Origin: Bacteroidales bacterium
GTDB lineage: Bacteria; Bacteroidota; Bacteroidia; Bacteroidales; G963667975
Assembly (NCBI GenBank): GCA_963667975.1
Contig: OY764079.1
Coordinates: 1,428,586-1,492,585, forward strand
Length of the DNA stretch: 64,000 nt
Direction: 5' to 3'
The notes beneath the pieces were generated by a model, which had not been told where the DNA came from, searched no databases, and worked only from the letters and a program-made list of their open reading frames with translations. How positions within the stretch are numbered: the stretch's first letter is position 1; every line of letters begins with the position of its first letter. A program made the translations under genes and the position numbers. Of this stretch, positions 10,770 to 18,934 are shown one piece after another.

Positions 10770-11665
10770 TTAACGTTTTTCTACAATTCGTAATTTGGCA
10801 CTTCTCGAACGTGGATTCCGTTCAAGTTCTTTTGTTCCGGCAACAATAGGTTTGCGGTTTACAACAGTAAACGGGCTTTCAATATTGCCAAAAAAGTCTT
10901 GTTTTACTTCTCCTTCAAAGTTCCCGGTTTTAAAGAAATTTTTTACGAGCCGGTCTTCAAGGGAATGATAGGACATTACAACAAATCTGCCTCCTGGCTT
11001 CAATGCTTCGAGCCCCTGAATGAGCATTTCCTGTAAAACTTCCAGTTCTTCATTTACTTCAATGCGCAAAGCCTGAAAAATCATGGCAAGCGTTTTTTGC
11101 TCACGGCCTCTGGGAAGCAGATGTTGAATTGCTGCTTTTAAATCATTGGTAGTTTTGATTTCACTATTATTACGTGAAGCACAAAGCGTTGAGGCCAGCT
11201 TTCCTGCATTAGGCAGTTCACCGTAAAGATGAAATATCTTGCGGAGATCGGCTTCTTCATATTGATTTACAATATCTGCTGCAGTCCGGGGATTGTTTAC
11301 ATTCATACGTAAATCCAGATCAGCATCAAAACGAGTAGAAAAACCACGTTCAGGCGTATCAATTTGATGCGATGAAATACCCAAATCAGCAAGAATTCCG
11401 TCAACAGGAAATTGATTGTGATATTTTAGGAAATTGTTGAGAAATCTGAAGTTGTGTTTTACAAAAATGAAATTTGGATCATCCGGAATATTATTTATTG
11501 CATCGTCGTCCTGATCAAACCAACCAGCTTTCCTGTAGTAAGATGTTTTAAAATTTCCCGGGAATGGCCTCCACCACCAAAGGTAACATCAACATAGCTT
11601 CCTTCAGGCTTAATGGCAAGCCCTTCGATACACTCTTGTAACAAAACCGGATCGTGATATATCAT
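10770..11665 (-). pseudogene. rsmH: 16S rRNA (cytosine1402-N4)-methyltransferase RsmH, interrupted by a 1-nt frameshift
   Basis: The ATG at 11665 gives [16 protein letters not shown]...[17 protein letters not shown]. The frame breaks at the A-run 11517-11519. The shifted frame continues FDQDDDAIN...DGILADLGISSHQIDTPERGF into the 204-aa ORF 10770..11384. Confidence 0.85.
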
Positions 11666-11681
11666 AACTTATTCCTCCGGT

Positions 11682-12152
11682 TTATTCGTTATAATTAAAA
11701 CCAATTTGCTCCATAACCTCCATGAGCATTTCCGGAGTAAGCGCTTCAGAAGAATGCTGTTGGTTAAATGTTTCCAAATCCCATATTTCAAGATTTCCGG
11801 CATTACTAATAAGTTTAATATCAGTATTTATGCCTGCATCTTTCTTTAAATCTATTGGGATTAAAAAGCGGTCGCTACTGTCGAGTTCTACAAATACGGC
11901 GGCAGAAAGAACACGTGAGATATTGCTTTGATTCTTATGCCAAAGATTTAATTTGTTGATACGGGAACTTTCTTTTTCCCACATATTCTTTGTGAAGATT
12001 TCCAGACATCCTTTTTCAAAGAAATGTTTACGAACGTAGAACCCATCGGATATTTCCGATAGTAATTGCTTTTTCAATGCAGATGGAAATTTGAATCTTC
12101 CATTGGCATCTACTTTACAACTTTCATTAGCAACTACATTCAACATTGGCAC
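11682..12152 (-). CDS. mraZ: division/cell-wall cluster transcriptional regulator MraZ
   Basis: 156-aa ORF with two SpoVT/AbrB-like repeats (VDANGRFKFPSAL and LDSSDRFLIPIDL). It is the first gene of the dcw cluster. Confidence 0.9.
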   Translation of the reverse strand: MPMLNVVANESCKVDANGRFKFPSALKKQLLSEISDGFYVRKHFFEKGCLEIFTKNMWEKESSRINKLNLWHKNQSNISRVLSAAVFVELDSSDRFLIPIDLKKDAGINTDIKLISNAGNLEIWDLETFNQQHSSEALTPEMLMEVMEQIGFNYNE

Positions 12153-12613
12153 TTGTTAAATTTTCAGGATGTAAAGGTAATGCAAAAAACTTATGAAACC
12201 CATTTTGTTGATAACTTTTGCCATATCTTGCCAGTTAATCCCATTTTTGCCCATTTTTGAAAAGCAACTTTACGATACTAAACTCTTCGGGTTTGTCGAT
12301 TTTTATTGAGGAATCTGAATTCTCTTTAAAAGATGCGGCTAATTGATGGGTAAAATATACTACATCTACTTATTAACAACGGATTCTCTTTTTTTTGGTT
12401 TTCTGAGTTTATCAAAGTGTAGTAATCAAAACGAAACTCGTTGCAAAAGTAAGCATACAAAATACAATTAACCCTCCGGAGTGGTCTTTTTAATCAAGCT
12501 GAAATAGAGAAATGATGTGAATTCTGAAATTTGAGATCTGTATTTCTGAGTGGAGGTTTTAAGACTAGCCAGTCACCTCTATATTCAGTTCGATAAAGTT
12601 AGGTGAATTAAAA

Positions 12614-12884
12614 GTGAATGTAGAGATTGCTGTTTTTATCTCATGCAGCAAAGATGATTCTTCAGACAACAATTCCGCAAATCAAAATAAGATTTGCAAT
12701 GGAGTAACGAGTAACAGCATTATACCTCTTAAACAGGGAGATGCATGGACTTGGACTACATTAGGTTTTGGAAGCATCATTGAAACTGTGGTTGGTAAAA
12801 AAACGATTAACGCTGTAGAGTATTTTGATGTTACGCACCTTGAAACAGCGTTTTCTCAAACAAATCATCATTATTACAGAGTTC
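12614..12884 (+). pseudogene. 5' fragment of a small lipoprotein-like gene disrupted by IS insertion
   Basis: The ORF has a lipobox-like AVFISCSKDD and reads ...QTNHHYYRV before entering IS sequence. It is in frame with the 3' fragment at 16250. The signal peptide is unusually short (GTG start). Confidence 0.6.
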
Positions 12885-12913
12885 TGACTAACGTCAAATT
12901 TTAGTATTAATAA

Positions 12914-14272
12914 TCAATTAGTTACAAATTCAAAGTTTTCTTTTGAAAGTTCAAATTTAGTAATTTGTTTTTGAATACGCTTCACTAATCCCAACTTTCT
13001 TTTTTGGTCGAGATATAAGTATTCTTTTGGATTATAATAAGGCTTGTTTTTGACGACCATATTCCAAATAATCACAGCTAATTTTCTTGCTGTGGCAGAA
13101 ATTGCAGAAACTCGTCCTTTGCGAAAATTTATTTTCTGGAAGAAATCTCTCAATGGGGTTGATTCTTTAAGATTCCCTATTGCATTTGCTGCATTACGCA
13201 AAGCTATCTTAAGTCGATTACTTCCTTTGGGAACTTTGCTCGAGAGAATTTTTCCACCCGAAATTTTATTGTTGGGTGCTAATCTGAGCCAGCTTGCAAA
13301 ATGTTTGGCTGTCGTGAATTGTTTAATTCCTTCTAATCCAACTTCACTCATAATTGATAGAACTGTCGAATAACTCATTCCTTCAATCGCCATCAAATCA
13401 ACACCTTCAAAATACTGATACGATTTCATGTTTAGGTCGATATTCTTTGGTGAGTTCTTATTGATTTTTTTATGTGGCTTTTTCTCGATGTGATGCTGCC
13501 TTTTATTGTCGTCATTTTCAATAATCTTGTCCAGCATTTTCTGAATTTCAATATCGCATTGCCCTATTTTTGTTTGAAACATCTGGTACATATCTAGTTC
13601 TTGTTTCAGGGCAAACAGATAGTCTTCCCGTCCGTTGCTATGAAGGGCTTTAGCTATTTCTTCTCTGGATTTTCGACAGTTGTAATGACGCAATTCGGAT
13701 AATTTCTCAGGATTTGTTTCTCCTTCGCATATCGCTTTTATTATGGCTAATCCGGTTTGTCCGACAATATCATTCACAACCACATCTAAACGCAAATTTA
13801 AAAGCCGCAAATATTTCTGCATTTTCTTGCATGCAGATGCCGACGAATCCAGTAAAAGTGCTCTTTGACGGCAATAGGTTCTTAATTGTTCGGTTTGTTT
13901 GTCGGGTAAAAAACTATTTGACAACAGACCTAAACTATGTAGCTTTTGTATCCACTGGCAGTCTTTTATGTCGGTCTTCTTTCCTTTTATGTTCTTGGTG
14001 AATTTACCATTGCACAATATCACTTCAATACCTTCCGACAATAATACTGCATACAATGATTGCCAATAAGTACCGGTGCTTTCTAATGCAACTGTTTTGA
14101 TTTTGTTCTCCTTAAACCATAATGCCATTCTTTTAAGGTCGTCATTGAATACGCCAAATTCTTGCACTTCATCGGATCTTTGCCCTACGGCTGCCCAGTG
14201 TGAACGACTGCCTATGTCGACTCCCGCCGCATTTGGGTTGACTACTTCCATACTAATCTCTTTTTGTTCCAT
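12914..14272 (-). CDS. IS110-family transposase/recombinase
   Basis: 452-aa ORF with N-terminal AAGVDIGSRSHWAAVG (DEDD RuvC-like domain) and a C-terminal Transposase_20-like region (IEGMSYSTVLSIMSEVG...FASWLRLAPNNKISGGK). Confidence 0.9.
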   Translation of the reverse strand: MEQKEISMEVVNPNAAGVDIGSRSHWAAVGQRSDEVQEFGVFNDDLKRMALWFKENKIKTVALESTGTYWQSLYAVLLSEGIEVILCNGKFTKNIKGKKTDIKDCQWIQKLHSLGLLSNSFLPDKQTEQLRTYCRQRALLLDSSASACKKMQKYLRLLNLRLDVVVNDIVGQTGLAIIKAICEGETNPEKLSELRHYNCRKSREEIAKALHSNGREDYLFALKQELDMYQMFQTKIGQCDIEIQKMLDKIIENDDNKRQHHIEKKPHKKINKNSPKNIDLNMKSYQYFEGVDLMAIEGMSYSTVLSIMSEVGLEGIKQFTTAKHFASWLRLAPNNKISGGKILSSKVPKGSNRLKIALRNAANAIGNLKESTPLRDFFQKINFRKGRVSAISATARKLAVIIWNMVVKNKPYYNPKEYLYLDQKRKLGLVKRIQKQITKFELSKENFEFVTN

Positions 14273-14532
14273 CGTCCTAATTGTTTAAAAATTAACTCAA
14301 TGGAGACGTGCTTTTGGCATGTTGAATTATTCTGATCGGGGTTCCCGAAGTTTCGGGACCGCCACTTTTGTCATCGCATACATCTCAACCAGGATTGCGC
14401 TCGTACTCATGAGTAACAGTTCTAAAATCGGCCTTGCATTGAGCTGTTCTTTCATACGTGTTCCTGACGATTTCGTTAGCTTGATTTGTTAATCTCTTTT
14501 GGTATAGGTAGGATTGCTGCCAACGGCAGTTC
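14273..14532 (-). ncRNA. candidate IS110 bridge/seek RNA encoded in the 5' non-coding end
   Basis: This is a 260-nt non-coding leader upstream of the recombinase. It contains hairpins at 14340-14360 and 14517-14529 and a palindrome TACTCATGAGTA. Three GTTC-containing motifs resemble the target junction and the element end. Confidence 0.45.
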
Positions 14533-16249
14533 GTCTAAAAACCTCCGCTTAGTGCAATTTTTTGCTCAAATTTAAGCCGTTTTAAGGGGATTTCAAAAAT
14601 ATATCTGGAATACTTTTGGTAAAAAAATTGTTTGCTATATTTGAGCTTTTGAAGGGATATAAAGTTGAATAACTGAACAAAACGTAAAACCAGTATCCTT
14701 AGATATTTCTTGAGCATTTCTGTATCAAGAATATTCATTAGTCGACGTAAATTGTACGCAATAAACATAAATCCAACATCGGAACTTGCCCTGTCTTTGC
14801 CTTTCTTTGTTAGAATATAACTAAATCCCCATTGCCTCTTTATCGTTCCGTAAGGATGCTCTACTATTGACTGTCGTTTTTTGTATAAATCCTTATTGTT
14901 CTCAATATTTATTTTGTTGTTTTCTATGTATTTAGCAAATTCACTGCGTTCAAGTACACGCCCATTTCCTCGTATGTTCTTTGTACAAAGACTTAATTTT
15001 GAGCAAATCTTGCATGCTGAAGTCTTGTATTGTTGAACCTTGATATTTGCCCGATATCTTCCCCTGCTTTTGGCGTACCAAGAGCCATTGGTGCTCAAGA
15101 TGCTCCCTTCAGGACATGTATAGGTATTGGCTTGTTCGTTATACGTAAAATTAGCAATATTATATTGGCTATCTGGGGCATTCGATGCTACATTTGGTAC
15201 TGCTACCAGTGCTGTGATGTCTAATTCATGGGCAATTTTCATTTCCGAACCAGTGTGATAGCCTTTGTCGTAAAGTGCCGTAAAGTCATTTGTGCGTAAA
15301 ATGGATTTTGCTCTACGGAGCATCTCGCCCATAGCTTTGCTGTCATTATTGTTGGTTACCTTGTAGTCTATTGGTAAATAGTGATTTGCATCAACCGTGG
15401 TTTGAATATTATAAGCTACTTCGGTTATATTGTTTCGAGTAATCATTTGACGGCTTTCCGGGTCGGATGTTGAAACCTGGGCTTGCCCTGTTTCGCTAAT
15501 TTGTTTTTCGATGGCTTTGTATCCTTGTTTTCGTTGATTTTGTTTGTTGATTTCATTTTCAATTTCTGCTTTTTGATCACCATCGGCAGTAGAAAGCATA
15601 TTGCTATATTCCTCAATTTTATTCTCGATATAGGCTACATGGCGGTCGATTTTATCTTGATTGTAATTGTTTTTTTTGCTGTTTTGTGCTCTGAGTTTGG
15701 TACTGTCGCCAGCAATCAAAGTACCTCCAATCAAATCAAAATGTTGTGCTATTTTAACGGTAGATCTAAACACGTTTTTTATGGCTTTGGGATTGTTTTT
15801 ACGGAAGTTTGATATCGTATTATGGTCGGGTTGCAAGCCTTTTAGTAACCAAATAACTTCGATATTTCGTTTACATTCCTTTTCTAAATCACGAGATGAA
15901 CGTATTTTATTCAAATATCCATAAATGAATAGCTTAAGTAAATCTGCCGGATGGTATGCTGGACGACCATTGTCAACAAATTCCATGTCGAAACCAAATT
16001 CCTCCGGCTTTATACTATCTACAAAAAGGTCAATAGTACGGACTTCATTATCCTTTTCGATGGTTTCGTCCAAACAACGAGTGTTAATCTCTACCTGATG
16101 TCTGTTTATGCCATTTATAAACTTCATAAAAAAATACTGGTTTAATTATATAGCAAATATAATGAAAATCAGATAATTAAATCAAGTACAAATTATAAAT
16201 TATTAACAATCAGAATGTTGATAAAATCAGGCAATGGCGGTTTTTAGAC
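14533..16249 (-). mobile_element. IS1182-family insertion sequence (about 1.72 kb)
   Basis: Terminal inverted repeats are GTCTAAAAACCTCC (14533-) and GGCGGTTTTTAGAC (-16249), with 11 perfect bp and 14 of 16 overall. They flank a single transposase ORF. Confidence 0.85.
14535..16127 (-). CDS. IS1182-family DDE transposase
   Basis: 530-aa ORF. The N-terminal InsH/DUF772-like region reads GRPAYHPADLLKLFIYGYLNKIRSSRDLEKECKRNIEVIWLL, followed by a C-terminal DDE domain. The stop codon lies inside the left IR. Confidence 0.9.
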   Translation of the reverse strand: MKFINGINRHQVEINTRCLDETIEKDNEVRTIDLFVDSIKPEEFGFDMEFVDNGRPAYHPADLLKLFIYGYLNKIRSSRDLEKECKRNIEVIWLLKGLQPDHNTISNFRKNNPKAIKNVFRSTVKIAQHFDLIGGTLIAGDSTKLRAQNSKKNNYNQDKIDRHVAYIENKIEEYSNMLSTADGDQKAEIENEINKQNQRKQGYKAIEKQISETGQAQVSTSDPESRQMITRNNITEVAYNIQTTVDANHYLPIDYKVTNNNDSKAMGEMLRRAKSILRTNDFTALYDKGYHTGSEMKIAHELDITALVAVPNVASNAPDSQYNIANFTYNEQANTYTCPEGSILSTNGSWYAKSRGRYRANIKVQQYKTSACKICSKLSLCTKNIRGNGRVLERSEFAKYIENNKINIENNKDLYKKRQSIVEHPYGTIKRQWGFSYILTKKGKDRASSDVGFMFIAYNLRRLMNILDTEMLKKYLRILVLRFVQLFNFISLQKLKYSKQFFYQKYSRYIFEIPLKRLKFEQKIALSGGF

Positions 16250-16563
16250 AGTCTGACGGAGGTGTCTATCAGAATTTTTCGGAAAATCAAACAAATGAAT
16301 ATTTGTTAATCCCTGTTAATCCAACAGTTGGCCAAAACTGGCAGATTCAGGGGGCTATTTACATGGATAAAAGAACGGTAAAAAGTCTTACAGCAACGGT
16401 AAAAACGTCAAAATGTACATATTCAAATTGCATTGTAATTGACGAATCAAATACAAGCAACGGTTCGGTTATTTCAACTTTATATTATAAAAAGGGTATT
16501 GGATTGGTTAAGTCAACAAGTACTTATATTAATGAAGAGTTGAAGGAAGTAACTTTGAATTAA
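16250..16563 (+). pseudogene. 3' fragment of the IS-disrupted lipoprotein-like gene
   Basis: The frame continues (Q)SDGGVYQNFSENQ... The ATG at 16234 in the ORF track lies inside the IS1182 inverted repeat and is an artefact. Confidence 0.6.
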
Positions 16564-16587
16564 TAGAATCGATAACAGAGTGAAAAT

Positions 16588-16628
16588 GGGGTATGTAAAG
16601 GAAAAACTACATATCCCTTGTTTTTTTT
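16588..16628 (+). terminator. intrinsic terminator after the disrupted gene
   Basis: A 10-bp stem (GGGGTATGTA / TACATATCCC, one G-U pair) is followed by TTGTTTTTTTT. Confidence 0.6.
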
Positions 16629-16665
16629 CAATAAGTTTTTCTTTCAGCGATTATTCATTTTTACC

Positions 16666-16673
16666 TACTTTTG
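16666..16673 (+). promoter_or_regulatory. candidate Bacteroidota -7 promoter box
   Basis: TACTTTTG matches the established Bacteroides -7 consensus TAnnTTTG and lies 37 nt upstream of the gatE-like ATG. Confidence 0.35.
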
Positions 16674-16709
16674 TCAGGTATCCACTTAATCTCATAAATT
16701 TAATTCTAC

Positions 16710-18689
16710 ATGAACCAACCCTTTGATCCCCGAAAGAATTACGAAGAAACCAAAAAATCAATAGGTTATGTAGTTCGAAAACAGGCAAAACAACAGGATT
16801 ATGATCGTATTGGATTCAAGTCCGGTCTTGAAGTTCATCAACAATTGCTCACGAAAGAAAAACTTTTTTGTCGCTGTCCGGCTGGTGTCTATCAGCATCA
16901 TGATGATTTTGATGCTGAAATTATTCGCCACATGCGTCCGACCCTGAGTGAATTAGGTGAGTATGATGGTACAGCTCTGATGGAGTTTAAAACCAAAAAG
17001 GAAATAACCTATCGCCTGAAAAACCGTACTTCCTGTACCTATGAAGTGGATGATACTCCTCCTTTTCCAATCAACCGTGAAGCATTGCAAATTGCGATTG
17101 AAATTTCGCTTCTTTCTAAGCTTAACATTGTAGGAGAAGTACATATTACTCGTAAACAGTATCTGGATGGAAGTATTCCTGCTGGTTTTCAGCGTACAGC
17201 GATTATTGGAGTGGAAGGTGAAATTCAGTTAAAAAATAAAAAGGTACGCCTGATTCAACTTAGTATTGAAGAGGATTCCTGTCGTGAAATTTCCGATATT
17301 GGACACAAACGTATTTATAAGACTGATCGTTTGGGAATGCCTTTGATTGAAACGGTAACTTATCCGGAAATGCTGAATCCAGATGAAGTGAAGGAAGCTT
17401 GTGATTATATTCGCTTTCTGAACAGAAGTACCAATAAAGTCCGTACCGGAATTGGGGCTGGACGACAGGATGTTAATGTTAGCTGTAAAGGTGGTCATCG
17501 TGTTGAAATTAAAGGAGTTGCCCATACAAAATGGATTCCTGAACTTACTCATAATGAATGTTTTCGTCAATGGGCTCTTTTAAATATTCGCAATCTTCTT
17601 TTGAAACAAATCAAAGATGTGAAGAGTTGGACAATTGTTCCGAAAGAGCTTGATTATAAAAAACTTAAATTTCCTTGCGATAGCATAAAAGTCGCTCGTG
17701 AAAACCATGATAAACTTTACGTGGTAAATCTGCCGGGTTTTAAAGGAATCTTATCTCATTTTACCCAACTTGGACAGATGTTTGCAAATGAAATCAGCGA
17801 TCGTTTAAAAGTAATTGCCTGTATTGAGAAACCCAATATGGTTCATTCAGAAGAACTGGATGCTCGTATTTCGGCTGATGATTTGGCAATTATTTGTAAG
17901 CTGGTTAATGCAGAAGAAAATGACGCTCAGATTTTGTTTTGGGGACCCAGAGAGGATATTAAAACCGCATTAGATGTTATTGAAGAACGTTGTAAAATGG
18001 CTTTTGAAGGCGTTCCTCCAGAAACACGTAAATCTTTTGCTGACGGATCTACCATTTTTGAACGTGTACTCCCGGGTGCTGACCGTATGTATCCAGATAC
18101 TGATAGCAAACCCATTCCATTAGCTGATTCTTACATCGAAGAGCTCAGAAAACAGATACCAGAGGAGGTTGTTTATCGCTATCGTCAGTTGCAGGAATGG
18201 AATGTCCCTGAGGATTCCTATTCATTTATACTGAGTAAAAATCTTTATCCTCTCATTGAGAAACTGGTGAATGAACTAACGATGAATCCTGTTTTTGCAG
18301 GAACATTTATAGGCCATACTTACAAACATGTATTGGGACATTACAAAATTGCCGATACGTTTACAAGCGAACATATTTTTGATCTCTTCCAGTATTTGTT
18401 GAAAAATGATCTGGATTTGGCATTAGCTCGCAAAATGATGCCAATAGTTCTGGAACATCCTAAAATGGATTTTGACTCAGTGCTTACGAGCATTAAGTTT
18501 AGACGAACTTCTGCTGGTGAAATCATTTCAAATATTCCTTTCCTGAAAGACAAATTCAGCAAGATACGTCGTGATGCTAGCAAAACAGACCAGATCAACT
18601 GGATTATGGGAGAACTTCAACAACAGGCATTAGGAAACATGCCGTTGGTTGAACTTTATAATAATGTATGTAAGATTATTGAAGAATAA
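16710..18689 (+). CDS. gatE: archaeal-type Glu-tRNA(Gln) amidotransferase subunit E homolog (GatB/GatE family)
   Basis: 659-aa ORF that I judge from memory of GatE motifs to be GatE-like along its length. Motifs include GLEVHQQL..KLFCRC, RPTLSELGEYD, DDTPPFPIN, GFQRT, LSIEEDS, DRLGMPLIE, GAGRQDVNVS, VEIKGV and GVPPETRK. It also has a YqeY-like tail. Confidence 0.8.
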   Translation: MNQPFDPRKNYEETKKSIGYVVRKQAKQQDYDRIGFKSGLEVHQQLLTKEKLFCRCPAGVYQHHDDFDAEIIRHMRPTLSELGEYDGTALMEFKTKKEITYRLKNRTSCTYEVDDTPPFPINREALQIAIEISLLSKLNIVGEVHITRKQYLDGSIPAGFQRTAIIGVEGEIQLKNKKVRLIQLSIEEDSCREISDIGHKRIYKTDRLGMPLIETVTYPEMLNPDEVKEACDYIRFLNRSTNKVRTGIGAGRQDVNVSCKGGHRVEIKGVAHTKWIPELTHNECFRQWALLNIRNLLLKQIKDVKSWTIVPKELDYKKLKFPCDSIKVARENHDKLYVVNLPGFKGILSHFTQLGQMFANEISDRLKVIACIEKPNMVHSEELDARISADDLAIICKLVNAEENDAQILFWGPREDIKTALDVIEERCKMAFEGVPPETRKSFADGSTIFERVLPGADRMYPDTDSKPIPLADSYIEELRKQIPEEVVYRYRQLQEWNVPEDSYSFILSKNLYPLIEKLVNELTMNPVFAGTFIGHTYKHVLGHYKIADTFTSEHIFDLFQYLLKNDLDLALARKMMPIVLEHPKMDFDSVLTSIKFRRTSAGEIISNIPFLKDKFSKIRRDASKTDQINWIMGELQQQALGNMPLVELYNNVCKIIEE

Positions 18690-18907
18690 AATTTCTAAAA
18701 TTATTTTTGAGACTGTTTAAAAAGTCTCTCATCTGGTAAAAAAACTTTTCCCGACTTTTGGGGTCAATATGGCAACTTATTGAATTATAGCTGTCAGGCT
18801 GAGTCCCGAAAGTCGGGAAAATATATTTAAGGTTATGGATTTTTGAATAGCCTCATTTGCTTTTAATTACATGCCTTCAATCAATTTGAAAGTCTGTCAA
18901 AAATGTG

Positions 18908-18915
18908 TATTTTTG
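18908..18915 (+). promoter_or_regulatory. candidate -7 promoter box
   Basis: TATTTTTG matches TAnnTTTG and lies 20 nt upstream of the ATG at 18935. Confidence 0.3.
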
Positions 18916-18934
18916 TCAAAAACTTATCTTTTGA

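Larger units (their letters stand above)
12881..14532 (-). mobile_element. IS110-family insertion sequence (about 1.65 kb), no terminal inverted repeats
   Basis: It carries a DEDD-type transposase, a 260-nt 5' non-coding end and a 33-nt 3' end. GTTC occurs at both junctions (12881-12884 and 14529-14532), so the boundaries are ambiguous by 4 nt. Confidence 0.8.

Noticed and set aside
12153-12613. 460-bp region upstream of mraZ, examined for MraZ-box repeats or an sRNA
   Set aside because: I saw no convincing direct-repeat array, hairpin or ORF. It is probably just the dcw promoter region.
16234-16249. ATG start of the 109-aa ORF
   Set aside because: These codons (MAVFR) are the IS1182 right inverted repeat, so the real gene sequence resumes at about 16250.
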